Source: a virus (taxonomy: Duplodnaviria > Caudoviricetes). From it: 64,000 nt of DNA. Under the pieces are notes generated by a model that saw only the letters and a list, made by a program, of their open reading frames with translations, had not been told where the DNA came from and made no database searches. The stretch covers positions 119,631 to 183,630 of IMG/VR virus record IMGVR_UViG_3300028591_000090, one strand, 5' to 3'. Position numbers and translations under genes: made by a program. Positions 28,459 through 38,859 of the stretch are shown here, in pieces (position 1 is the stretch's first letter; every line of letters begins with the position of its first letter).

Positions 28459-28703
28459 TGTTAAAAAATAGCGTCTTTTATAAACCAATACATAGAAAAG
28501 AATCTAAAGCATATAGAGGTTATGACTATAAAGGTAAGATTCTTAAAAATACTATGTCAGAAGCAATGTTCAATAATGGTGAATTTCTATACAATTTCCT
28601 TATGAAAATTGACGATTTTGTATATAATCTTATTGAGGGTGTAAAGACAATACACGTATTCAATATGATTGCCGTTGATAAAAATGATAGAAGCATAAAT
28701 TAG
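28458..28703 (+). CDS. Hypothetical protein
   Basis: 81-aa ORF coupled to both neighbours. Confidence 0.6.
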   Translation: MLKNSVFYKPIHRKESKAYRGYDYKGKILKNTMSEAMFNNGEFLYNFLMKIDDFVYNLIEGVKTIHVFNMIAVDKNDRSIN

Positions 28704-28704
28704 T

Positions 28705-29280
28705 ATGATATTAGATTCAAAAAATAATCAGTTTGTCTTTTATTTTTCTCCAGATTTCTGGTGTGAAAAAGTATTGGATTTTTATAAGTCTTTTTATAAA
28801 TATCTATTGCTACCTTATGAAAACGTAGATGATTATGTTTTATCTACTCTACAAACGGTAGAATTTCCGGGAATTACAAACCAAACAGTATCACAAACAA
28901 GATACTTGGGAAAAGAAATGATATATAAAGGTGCACAACCAGTAAAAGACCTACAAGATAAAAAATTTTCCTTGTCGTTCAAAATGACAGAAGGGTTTAT
29001 GAATTATATGATGATATATCATAACTATCTCGAATTTATGGACCACATGAATAAAAAACAAAACTATGATTGTTTTACTTTGGGTGTACTTAATAATGAG
29101 GGATTTCTAATGTATACTATTGATTTCTTAAAAGTATTACCTGTTAGTATTTCAAGTTTTAATTTGGACTATACAGCAGTTGATAATAATCTAAATAAAT
29201 TCACCGTAGGATTTAAATATGTCGATTGGAATATTACATTACAATACGATAAAATGCTTAATCTATACGAAGAAAGTTAG
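28705..29280 (+). CDS. Tail tube-fold protein (T4 gp3/gp54/gp19-like)
   Basis: LQTVEFPGI, FSLSFKMTEGFMNY, PVSISSFNLDY...FTVGFKY pattern. Confidence 0.65.
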   Translation: MILDSKNNQFVFYFSPDFWCEKVLDFYKSFYKYLLLPYENVDDYVLSTLQTVEFPGITNQTVSQTRYLGKEMIYKGAQPVKDLQDKKFSLSFKMTEGFMNYMMIYHNYLEFMDHMNKKQNYDCFTLGVLNNEGFLMYTIDFLKVLPVSISSFNLDYTAVDNNLNKFTVGFKYVDWNITLQYDKMLNLYEES

Positions 29281-29286
29281 ATTTTT

Positions 29287-29317
29287 TTTGGATTATACAT
29301 TTTTTTTACTATTTTTG
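29287..29317 (+). promoter_or_regulatory. Bacteroidota sigma-A promoter
   Basis: TTTG, 19-nt spacer, TATTTTTG (29310-29317). Confidence 0.75.
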
Positions 29318-29335
29318 CACCAAAAATAAACAATA

Positions 29336-30064
29336 ATGGGACTTAATGAAGAATTAAAGGCGGCTCAGGAGATACAGAAAATAAACATCAAGGTCAGAAG
29401 AGCTTGGGGTACTATTTTCTCATCGTGGGCGAAAAAATTTTGGATAATGATTAAATGGCAAAGGAAGCAATTATTCAAAAATATTTTAATAATTGGTCTT
29501 GGCATTTCAACGATTTGTTTGGTTTATCATACATTATACAAACCAATGGAACAAGAAAGAACCATTGCACAAATCGAAAAATCATTAGAATCGGATTCTC
29601 TTAATCAGTTATTGCCAAAAGAAAACATTGAGTTTATGCTTGCTGTTGGTATGATTGAATCTCGTTGTAAATGGAATGCTATTGGTGGTAGTGGTAATGC
29701 CTATTGGGGAGCATTTCAATTTGGCAAATCTGCATTATCTTCTGTTGGATTATCAAATGTACCACAAAAAGTATTCTTGGGTGATACACTATTGCAAATG
29801 TGGGCAATGAATAGTCTAATGAAAAAGAATTACTATATTCTACAGAACGATATAGAAAAATATAATATCCCAATGAAAGGTGGTGTACTAATAGGTAGAT
29901 ATATGTGCACGGTATCTGGGCTTTTAGCTGCAAGTCATTTAGTAGGTGTTAATGCCGTTAAAAGATTTATCGAAAGTAACGGTAAAGAAATTGCACACGA
30001 TGGTAACGATGTACCTCTAACAGATTATTTAATGTTAAACGGATATTTTCTTAATCTACAATAG
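29336..30064 (+). CDS. Lysozyme-like / lytic transglycosylase with an N-terminal TM segment
   Basis: VGMIESR (catalytic Glu), AYWGAFQFG, SGLLAASHLVG; TM ILIIGLGISTICLVY. Confidence 0.75.
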   Translation: MGLNEELKAAQEIQKINIKVRRAWGTIFSSWAKKFWIMIKWQRKQLFKNILIIGLGISTICLVYHTLYKPMEQERTIAQIEKSLESDSLNQLLPKENIEFMLAVGMIESRCKWNAIGGSGNAYWGAFQFGKSALSSVGLSNVPQKVFLGDTLLQMWAMNSLMKKNYYILQNDIEKYNIPMKGGVLIGRYMCTVSGLLAASHLVGVNAVKRFIESNGKEIAHDGNDVPLTDYLMLNGYFLNLQ

Positions 30065-30084
30065 TTTTTTTCAAAAAAAATTAT

Positions 30085-30092
30085 TATATTTG
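30085..30092 (+). promoter_or_regulatory. -7 element TATATTTG, 4 nt before the ATG
   Basis: TATATTTGCAGT-ATG; no canonical -33 box. Confidence 0.55.
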
Positions 30093-30096
30093 CAGT

Positions 30097-30906
30097 ATGG
30101 GTTATAAGAGAATTACAATAAAGAAAACATTTGAACCAAATTGGTTCTTATCCGAAAAAGAAGAGGATATGTATGACTTTGAATATCAACAATTAAAAAT
30201 GTTGGCTATTCAAAGAGATTCATACAAAGAAATAAACAAGCAAAACCACGACATTTTTATGGAACTTATGTTCAATGGTTTAAGAATGAATACCCTCATT
30301 TCGGATAACAAATACTATGACGAATTTTATAGTTCATACGACAAAGATTATAAAATCAATAACCTTATTCGTAATATAAGAGAAAGAAACTATAACGGGA
30401 AAAGATTTATTGACATCGCTTTATATTTCCAACAAGTCATAAATAATTCACTCTATGACGAAACAATGTTACTATACGAAGATGGCGGAATCATTGATGT
30501 CTATAAAAAGAATAAATTTCTTCATACTATCAATGGAATATATGTTATCGTATATGAGAAAGAACATATTTATCTATATAAAGTAGTTTCTTCAAATGAA
30601 TCACTATATTGCGTTCACATATACAAACTAATGGAAGAAAGGAAATCACCCAAACAAATAAAACGCTTTGAATTATTTGTAAGAGAATTTAACAGTATGA
30701 ATAACGATATTATTGACGAAAGTAATGTTGTTGCTCTGGATAATTCAGAAGAAAAAATTGACGCTCTCAATGTTGTTAAATGCTTCCGTAATATATATAT
30801 AACAAACAAATGGTTCAACAAAAATGGAGAATTTAACATCCAATTGCCTTACCATTTGTTTTGTGAAAATTTTATACTTGACGATAAGTTTAAGTATAAA
30901 TTCTAA
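30097..30906 (+). CDS. Hypothetical protein
   Basis: 269-aa ORF with no recognisable motif. Confidence 0.6.
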   Translation: MGYKRITIKKTFEPNWFLSEKEEDMYDFEYQQLKMLAIQRDSYKEINKQNHDIFMELMFNGLRMNTLISDNKYYDEFYSSYDKDYKINNLIRNIRERNYNGKRFIDIALYFQQVINNSLYDETMLLYEDGGIIDVYKKNKFLHTINGIYVIVYEKEHIYLYKVVSSNESLYCVHIYKLMEERKSPKQIKRFELFVREFNSMNNDIIDESNVVALDNSEEKIDALNVVKCFRNIYITNKWFNKNGEFNIQLPYHLFCENFILDDKFKYKF

Positions 30907-30945
30907 AGCACTTTCATTTTCTATAAAATAGAACATATATTTATA

Positions 30946-33642
30946 TTAATATTCAAATGATTGACACATATCATTATAAATTTTATCAACACTACTGCCG
31001 CTTATAGAAATATTAATAACAATAGATAATTCTCCTTTTTTAACTTTTCGTTGAACCAAACCAACAGGAACGAACAAATCAATATCTGTATTATTATAAA
31101 GACATTTCATAGAAATATCACCTGTTGTGGCAAGAGTAGTATCTGCACAATGAATTGTAAAATCTTGTATTGGTTTTGATAAAATATTTAAAGAGCCAAC
31201 ATTATATATAAACGCAAAAGAAAATAATAAAGATCCTCTAATATCAAATGCTGCGAAAACTTGGAAAAATTTTTCATCTATTCCAATATAAAAATCACCA
31301 TCTTTTGTAAAATTAATAATAGGTGGTTTTATGAAATAACTATACACGTTTACATTATTCACAAATTTATAACCTATATAATCATCACCACCATCTCCTT
31401 CGAAATTAAGACAATACCAATTAAAAACTTCTCTACCTCCATTCTTTTTTATTAGATACGGTCTTCCTGCGTTACCAGCAATATTTACAACAGAATTAGC
31501 ATCACCTATTTCAATAGAACTAGCAGTAATAGAAACTTTACTATTTGAATTTATTTTTAAATCTGCACCAGAATATAGTTCTAATCCATAATTTGTATAA
31601 ACCTCTTTTGTTTGGTTTCTTAAATTTTTTCGATTTATTTTACTTGAATCAGAAGAAGGAATTAAATACAAACCACCAACCCATTGGGTTTTTACTTCTT
31701 CCGACACACTAGTATCATAAGTTCTAAATTGTACAAACGCTTCTCTCTTTACTGTCGGTCTATCTGTTGGAATTAAAGGATAAACTAAATTTAGCACATC
31801 TCCACCATAAACATTTGTAATTGTCAAATTTTTATTATATGTATTTAACCAATAAGAATATGTTAAATCTCTTTTATACAAGCCTTCATTATCCAACCAT
31901 ACAGTACTATTAACATATTTACTTTTATCTAATATATAAGGGTTGAATTGACTTGTAATATGCAATGGTGAATAAATAGTCTCAAAATATTGAGATTGAG
32001 GATTATCGTTCTTATCTACCTTAATATCATAAATATTAATTCTTAAATCATATATATCATCATTTCTATTTGTTTGAATAACAGTACAAACATCATTATT
32101 AACACTATTTGTTATTGTTCTGTTTGATATTTTACATTCAGCATTATTATTAACACTATTTGTTATAGAAGCATTAGAAGCAGTAACATTATTTTTTATT
32201 CCTTGATGAAAAACTTCTGTTTTTGCTGTATTATCTCCTTTTTTAACTTCTTGAGTTATTTGTGTATCTAATTTTATATTGCACGATGCCTCATTTTCAT
32301 TTGTCAATAATATGCTTTTATCATTGTTGATATATAAACCACGTTCTATTGAACCATCTACAGAATAAATTTTTATGTTTTGATTTTTAGTATATATTTT
32401 ATTACCGTCAGTATCATATGAAAAAGTTAAAAAAGTATCATAACCTCCAACTACTAAATCACCAGTCTTTACTTTTACCTTTTCTCCTACTCTAGATTCT
32501 GTACGAATAAAACCTTTTATCTTATCATTACCATTAATATCCTTATCATATTCTGTACCAATAGAAAAGAATCCACCAAATTGATTATCTGTTACTGGTT
32601 CTGCATTACCTCTTGCAAATGTGATAGCATTTTCTACATTATCGCCACCATATCCATTCATTAACATACCATTAGTAAATTTACCATCGCCAATGGTAAC
32701 TATATTATTCTTTTTAGTATTAGAATTTATATCTGAATCTTTTTCAGCTTTTGATATAAATCTAAAACCTGATGTCATGTTGTCTCTATTACTAGAACTT
32801 GTTTGTGGTGCAACAACAAATAAACCTTCAACATAATCTATTTCATCTGTATTATTTTTGTCTTTTCTTATACTTCTTTGTGTAATACGAAATTCTCTAT
32901 CTTTATCTTCAACATTATAATCTCCATTCAAGACATAGATTGAATTTAACGATATACCAGATTGATAACTATAAATATCATTAATATTACTACTACCAAT
33001 ATGAGAAAAAATATTTAACGGTGCTTCTGCCAATTTATTAGCAACATAACCTTTTATATTCTCATTATTAATCATATCTGGTGCTAATACAATCTTTGCA
33101 TCTTCTCTACTTTTTTTATAATCTATTTTTAAATATTGTTTTAATGTAATAATATCTCTATCTTGGTCTATTCTATCCCAAAATTCCGAACTTTTTGTTT
33201 TTTCGTCTACAAAATCACTTATAATTTCAGATAAATCAACAACCAAATCTTTTTTTATATCGGGAACTTTTTCTTCATTATTAACTCCCGACTTATAGAT
33301 TGCTTCTTTATCCATAAAAAGTACTAAATCACCGTCTGTGATTCCATTTTCTTCACACCAAGAAACATATTTTTCTTTTAAATCTTTGTATGTTTTTTCA
33401 TCTGGAGAAGGAAATTTTTGTCCTTTTTCTTCATCTCCATATACAAATAAAGAATTACCTCTCTCGCCTTGAATACCTTGACGACCAGTAGCACCAGGCA
33501 TACCAACATTACCTTTATCACCCTTAATAGTTTTTACACCATTAATGTAATCAGCCAATAAATGAAAGTTATAATTTGCTTTATCAGAATATGTTTTTTG
33601 TGAATCTGATGCCTGTAGTGTCTGTAGTATTACCTTTGCCAT
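30946..33642 (-). CDS. Tail/baseplate fibre protein with a short collagen-like segment
   Basis: GDKGNVGMPGATGRQGIQGERGNS; beta-rich body. Confidence 0.6.
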   Translation of the reverse strand: MAKVILQTLQASDSQKTYSDKANYNFHLLADYINGVKTIKGDKGNVGMPGATGRQGIQGERGNSLFVYGDEEKGQKFPSPDEKTYKDLKEKYVSWCEENGITDGDLVLFMDKEAIYKSGVNNEEKVPDIKKDLVVDLSEIISDFVDEKTKSSEFWDRIDQDRDIITLKQYLKIDYKKSREDAKIVLAPDMINNENIKGYVANKLAEAPLNIFSHIGSSNINDIYSYQSGISLNSIYVLNGDYNVEDKDREFRITQRSIRKDKNNTDEIDYVEGLFVVAPQTSSSNRDNMTSGFRFISKAEKDSDINSNTKKNNIVTIGDGKFTNGMLMNGYGGDNVENAITFARGNAEPVTDNQFGGFFSIGTEYDKDINGNDKIKGFIRTESRVGEKVKVKTGDLVVGGYDTFLTFSYDTDGNKIYTKNQNIKIYSVDGSIERGLYINNDKSILLTNENEASCNIKLDTQITQEVKKGDNTAKTEVFHQGIKNNVTASNASITNSVNNNAECKISNRTITNSVNNDVCTVIQTNRNDDIYDLRINIYDIKVDKNDNPQSQYFETIYSPLHITSQFNPYILDKSKYVNSTVWLDNEGLYKRDLTYSYWLNTYNKNLTITNVYGGDVLNLVYPLIPTDRPTVKREAFVQFRTYDTSVSEEVKTQWVGGLYLIPSSDSSKINRKNLRNQTKEVYTNYGLELYSGADLKINSNSKVSITASSIEIGDANSVVNIAGNAGRPYLIKKNGGREVFNWYCLNFEGDGGDDYIGYKFVNNVNVYSYFIKPPIINFTKDGDFYIGIDEKFFQVFAAFDIRGSLLFSFAFIYNVGSLNILSKPIQDFTIHCADTTLATTGDISMKCLYNNTDIDLFVPVGLVQRKVKKGELSIVINISISGSSVDKIYNDMCQSFEY

Positions 33643-33646
33643 TTCC

Positions 33647-36600
33647 TTATATTAATTTCATTACTGCAACTAAATTTATCAATGAATTATAATTCTGTTT
33701 TACACTATATTCAAATGATATGACATAGTTGTCTTCTTTATTTATTTTTACGTTCCTATCAACGATAAAGTTACTTATTTTTTTAGATTCAAAGTCTTCA
33801 TCACTTATCTCTACCGTTTGTTTTGATTGAACTCTTTCATAATATACATAAATTGAATTTATATCATATAAATTAAGTATATTCTTTGTTATATATTCAT
33901 TGATATAATCCATTTTAGGCATACCATAATATGTGTAATAATCGTCAGAAGAAACATCTAAATAATCAAATGCTTTTTCAATTCCAAGTTTTAATAATTT
34001 TGAAATCATTACATTATTCATATTAACTCGAACAGATACTTTACCGTCGTAAATACTATAAACAATTTCTTTATCTTTCATATCAACAACGGAAACATCA
34101 TTAACTAATTCTGTTTTGAATTTAGTTAAATTAACCTCATCTGGTAACACAATAACATTGTTTATCATTGTATTATCTTCTTCTATTCTTAATGTACCAG
34201 GAACATTTTCATAAGAATTTTTATCCGTATATTTCATATGAAAATCCAAATCCCAACTTGTATGTAATACATTCAAATCCTTTTTACCAATTGGTGTTTC
34301 TCCAACAAGTTCATACTCAAGATTATATCTCTTATCATTCAAGAAAGAATAAATATCTCCATCAGATACTTTCATATGACCAAAGTTCTCTATCGTCGCA
34401 AACTTACCAAGAGAAGAATTAAATACCGTATTATAACCAGTATTACTATTATTAGACATAGATATTACATTGTTAAACAAAGGAATATACTTTCCTGAAT
34501 ATCTATAAATATAACTGTCATTTACTTCTTTTGTATCATAATTATAACCAATAACGGTATTTGAATTATCCATTATAGGTGTTGTTATTACACTACTACT
34601 TTTCTTTATTTCTGTTGATGGCTCAATGTACAATGCACATTTTGTATTCCCCATATACGATACCGTAAAATCTCTATTGTTTATAAAAGAGAATATTGTT
34701 CTTGTTGTTATATTTTTAAAAAAATGTTTATAATATTCCTTACCACCAAAAATTTGCTCTACTTCTTGCAATATAATATCAGAAACAAAATTTCTATCTA
34801 AATCAACAAGACTTATATTTCCAAGTTCATTATTTAATCTTACATAATTAATTGTCGAATCTTCTAATATTTTAGTATCTATTGGTATTTTATTTTCTTT
34901 TGAACATAAATGAGTAAATAATTTATCTTTATTGCGATTAACACCACAAATTATATTTTCTGACTCAAAATTAAACACCTCATTAGATAAATCATAATCA
35001 ATATAACTAAATGTTTGCATTCCAGTAAGATACATACCATTCAAAATCAAATTTGTTGGTATTTTTATCGTAGAAAAATCATCTTCTCCCTCATAAAATT
35101 TCTTATCTGTAATTTTATATAAATCAGTATATGTTATGTTACATAAGTTATCTTCAAAGATAAATCTATAATCTCCACTTATACAAATATCTTTATCTTC
35201 ATATAAATGTTTTTCTAAATCATAAAAGACATCTTTGTTTACAATAAATTTATCACCTTTTTTATAAATAGAATCACCTTTGTATATTGTTTCAACTTTA
35301 TTACCATCTTTATCTTTAAAACGAGTTTCGTCGTCATTTACTCTTATATAATTATCATTAAAAATAACGTATTGATTTTCTGATAAAGATGATAATTTAT
35401 CTATAGAATCAACAAAGCCAACAAAATTTGCATGTTCAAATATGTTTTTACGAACATTTGGTTTTTGAATTTCTTCTTTATTAGCATCATTTATTACCTT
35501 TTCTTCTTTATTTTTCTTTTGTAATTTTATTCTCGAAACACTACCAATTTGTACGGTTACATAAAAAATAATATATTTCTTTTCTTCGTTTTCAATGACT
35601 TTCATTTCATACACATTATCAGCATTACCATCAACCTCTTCGACAGGCTCTAATATTGCACAAAATTTATAACCGTCATATTTTCTACTCTTTTCTACAT
35701 ATTTAACATTATCTGTCGAATAAAAATCAAGTCTGTCTGTAGATAATTCTCTTATCTGTAATTTCAATCCTCTAAAAAATGTCTCACAACAGCCAGACGC
35801 TGAATTATATTTGATAATACTATATCTATAATACGCAATACCACTATTTACATATACCAAATCTTTATCAAAATCAGCATTATAAACATCAAAGTATCTA
35901 TTCAAATAGCAATAATTTTCGTCACTTATTGCATTTGAAAACATATACATCCACTCCAAATTCATTGCGTTCACATCTATATCAATTTTAGATGTGTTTG
36001 GTGACATATTATATTTTCCAAAAGCAAAAGACGTATTTAATCGGTATGGATTACCTCTCAAATCATTACCACAATCATAACCCCATTTACAAATATATGG
36101 AATTGTTTTGCTAACTGTTTCATACGTTGGATAATAATTTTCTTTATTATAATCATATTCACAATCAACGTCACCATTCAATGTAGGTATATTATCAACA
36201 TCTATATCAATATCAGGAACTAATAAAATATCATAGTCTTCTTTTTCTTCATTAAAGTTTATACCACCAACAAGATATGTTCCTTCTTCTTTATACACAT
36301 CAGAAATCGTATAATCAACTTCACCATAAGAATTTACAAAAGCATATTTTTTTGCTTCTCCTTGTGTTATATAATTATCATCTTCAATAACATAGAAAAG
36401 ATAATCATCAATCCACTTAACTTCTTTTTCAAAAGTTGGTCTTTCTGTACAACTATAAATATATTTTTGACTTAATTTTTCGTTTGGTCGAATAAGATTT
36501 TTGTTTGCGTCAAAATCATTTTTAACGTCATATCTTTTTGAATAAAAACTAAAATCAAAATCTTTTATGTTATAAATTGACATATAAGACATTGGTATCT

Positions 36601-38854
36601 TGTACTCGTGTGTTATTGCGACTTTTTTTGACGACAACAAAGCATCATAAGTTGTTTCCAATATAACAGCAACATAATCTGATATTGCAGTAAACGCCTT
36701 ACCAAGTTCTTCATCTGTCATATTTCTATGGAAATAACCAGCATATTTTTGTGTTCTTGCAACCATTGAATAGCCATCTTTGGTTCTTACAACACAAGTA
36801 TTATCTATATTATCTGTCAATCTATAATCCAACAACAATACATTAGGACTATCACTACCACCTATTGCATTATATCTGTCATAGCCATCAAACTCGCCAT
36901 ATACTGAATATGATTTTTCATTATCTATATCTATCGAAACAGACAATCTATCATCATAAGAACCACTCGCATTGTATACGATTGCAAAGAATCTACCATA
37001 ACTGTATGCAGTAAATTGTCTTTGTGGCATTTCATTTATACAATCTGCCAACCCTTGTGTAAATTTACTAATATTTGTTTCATTACCCTCTACACCAACA
37101 TAATACGAATTACAATATTGTTCTGAATCAATACCAACAATACGTTTACCGTCAATAAAAGCGACAACTTTTCCTTCCTCTATTGTGTATATATCTTCTT
37201 TTACCAACTCACCGTTTTCATCATAATGATAAATACCGTTTTCATCATTATATCCGTCTATTTGTTTAACAACATTAACATAATCACCCTCTTCAAATAC
37301 ATTATCAATAATTTCTTGTTGTGTTGTTACATTTGCTCGATAATATAAATCTGGTGTGTAAACCAACTCATAATTATCATAAGTTACTATATCATAATAA
37401 TATTCTGATACATCACCATAAATCTTTTCTTCACCAAAACCAGTAAAAAAGTTTATTATATCATATTTTTCACCTCTCGCATTTACGTGTGAGCCACCAA
37501 TATGATAAATAATCATTTTTTCACCGTCTTTTGGTAACTCATTAAAATCTATTCTAATAAATGTTTTACCAGGATTTTCTGGTATTTCTGCAAAATCGTT
37601 TATAGCAACAACATCGTCACTACCAAGAAAATTCTTTACATTTATCTCTTTATTTGTTACTTGAATAGAAGTAATATTTCTACCGTCACCCTCTAATCCT
37701 TTAATTCTGTAAAAATCACCTTTCTTATCTTTTAAAACAGAAATAACTTGATTATCTTCTCTTAAAAGAATATTATCGTAACTTTTACTTGTATCTGTAT
37801 CTTCAACACTACCTATAGCCAACTTACAACCATCTTCATTATTAATGAATAAATCAGATGTTGGTAATCTTTTTATTTGATTATAAAAATGTGGTGTGTT
37901 TTTAAAATAATCTTGATAATCTTTTTGACCTCTATAATCAACCATCAATTTAGAAAATTCAACCTCATTAAGATAGAAACCAATATATCTATTATGGTCA
38001 AAAATTTCAGCAGAATCATCGTTAAACAAGAACTCAAAATTTATTATGTTTGGATATAAAAGTCCGTGTCTCTGAAATCCATTAGTAATATATTCTTCAA
38101 AAACCTTTAATGGCATATCTTTAGAATAAAAATCTTCATACATTAGTTCAGAAGCACTACTATATACGCCACTTTTAATATTAAGTCCAGAGAAAACAGT
38201 TTCCATTCCCTCATTGAAATTAACACTCAATGGAGACTCTGGAAAATCATCGCTACAAACAATCTTTCTAATATATCTACCAATTCTTGTATCTGTTTTC
38301 AAAGAAACTGTTTTTATTATAGTCGAATTATTGATTATATCAAACATATATTTCTTTGTGTCATACAAGGCTTCTTTATTCTGAATCAAATTAGTTAAAG
38401 TTGCATTCAGTGGTCCATCAATTCTTAATATGACAAAATACTCTGGTATATCTTTTCCTCTAAAATAAAATGGAGCAAAATAAGAAAACTTCTCTGTATA
38501 ATTTACATCTTGTAAATATCTTGCACCAGAAAAGTACAAAGAAAAATCATATTGTTTTGAATAATCAAGATTAGTTACGGCAGACGTTTGGTCTACATCA
38601 CTCTTAATATCAAAAAATACATTTACAATAGAGTCATTTCCTGATATAAGTTTATTAACATTAGCAGGATACGTCCACTCATCAACGATAGGACTATGTT
38701 TATAAGAAGCGTTTGCCAACTCATCATTACTATCAATAGTGTTGAGCCAAATATCTCCTTTTGTGTCAACAGTTAATTTTATATTTCCCGTAAGTCTTAC
38801 ATCTGTTCTTACTAATGCAAAACTTGAATTTATATCAGAATTATTAGTCTCCAT
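33647..38854 (-). CDS. Large virion structural protein (1735 aa)
   Basis: Within the late structural operon; acidic, Y/D/N-rich. Confidence 0.55.
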   Translation of the reverse strand: METNNSDINSSFALVRTDVRLTGNIKLTVDTKGDIWLNTIDSNDELANASYKHSPIVDEWTYPANVNKLISGNDSIVNVFFDIKSDVDQTSAVTNLDYSKQYDFSLYFSGARYLQDVNYTEKFSYFAPFYFRGKDIPEYFVILRIDGPLNATLTNLIQNKEALYDTKKYMFDIINNSTIIKTVSLKTDTRIGRYIRKIVCSDDFPESPLSVNFNEGMETVFSGLNIKSGVYSSASELMYEDFYSKDMPLKVFEEYITNGFQRHGLLYPNIINFEFLFNDDSAEIFDHNRYIGFYLNEVEFSKLMVDYRGQKDYQDYFKNTPHFYNQIKRLPTSDLFINNEDGCKLAIGSVEDTDTSKSYDNILLREDNQVISVLKDKKGDFYRIKGLEGDGRNITSIQVTNKEINVKNFLGSDDVVAINDFAEIPENPGKTFIRIDFNELPKDGEKMIIYHIGGSHVNARGEKYDIINFFTGFGEEKIYGDVSEYYYDIVTYDNYELVYTPDLYYRANVTTQQEIIDNVFEEGDYVNVVKQIDGYNDENGIYHYDENGELVKEDIYTIEEGKVVAFIDGKRIVGIDSEQYCNSYYVGVEGNETNISKFTQGLADCINEMPQRQFTAYSYGRFFAIVYNASGSYDDRLSVSIDIDNEKSYSVYGEFDGYDRYNAIGGSDSPNVLLLDYRLTDNIDNTCVVRTKDGYSMVARTQKYAGYFHRNMTDEELGKAFTAISDYVAVILETTYDALLSSKKVAITHEYKIPMSYMSIYNIKDFDFSFYSKRYDVKNDFDANKNLIRPNEKLSQKYIYSCTERPTFEKEVKWIDDYLFYVIEDDNYITQGEAKKYAFVNSYGEVDYTISDVYKEEGTYLVGGINFNEEKEDYDILLVPDIDIDVDNIPTLNGDVDCEYDYNKENYYPTYETVSKTIPYICKWGYDCGNDLRGNPYRLNTSFAFGKYNMSPNTSKIDIDVNAMNLEWMYMFSNAISDENYCYLNRYFDVYNADFDKDLVYVNSGIAYYRYSIIKYNSASGCCETFFRGLKLQIRELSTDRLDFYSTDNVKYVEKSRKYDGYKFCAILEPVEEVDGNADNVYEMKVIENEEKKYIIFYVTVQIGSVSRIKLQKKNKEEKVINDANKEEIQKPNVRKNIFEHANFVGFVDSIDKLSSLSENQYVIFNDNYIRVNDDETRFKDKDGNKVETIYKGDSIYKKGDKFIVNKDVFYDLEKHLYEDKDICISGDYRFIFEDNLCNITYTDLYKITDKKFYEGEDDFSTIKIPTNLILNGMYLTGMQTFSYIDYDLSNEVFNFESENIICGVNRNKDKLFTHLCSKENKIPIDTKILEDSTINYVRLNNELGNISLVDLDRNFVSDIILQEVEQIFGGKEYYKHFFKNITTRTIFSFINNRDFTVSYMGNTKCALYIEPSTEIKKSSSVITTPIMDNSNTVIGYNYDTKEVNDSYIYRYSGKYIPLFNNVISMSNNSNTGYNTVFNSSLGKFATIENFGHMKVSDGDIYSFLNDKRYNLEYELVGETPIGKKDLNVLHTSWDLDFHMKYTDKNSYENVPGTLRIEEDNTMINNVIVLPDEVNLTKFKTELVNDVSVVDMKDKEIVYSIYDGKVSVRVNMNNVMISKLLKLGIEKAFDYLDVSSDDYYTYYGMPKMDYINEYITKNILNLYDINSIYVYYERVQSKQTVEISDEDFESKKISNFIVDRNVKINKEDNYVISFEYSVKQNYNSLINLVAVMKLI

Positions 38855-38859
38855 TAACT

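Noticed and set aside
32090-32170. Short direct repeat (ITNSVNN x2)
   Set aside because: An ordinary intragenic duplication in a fibre gene.
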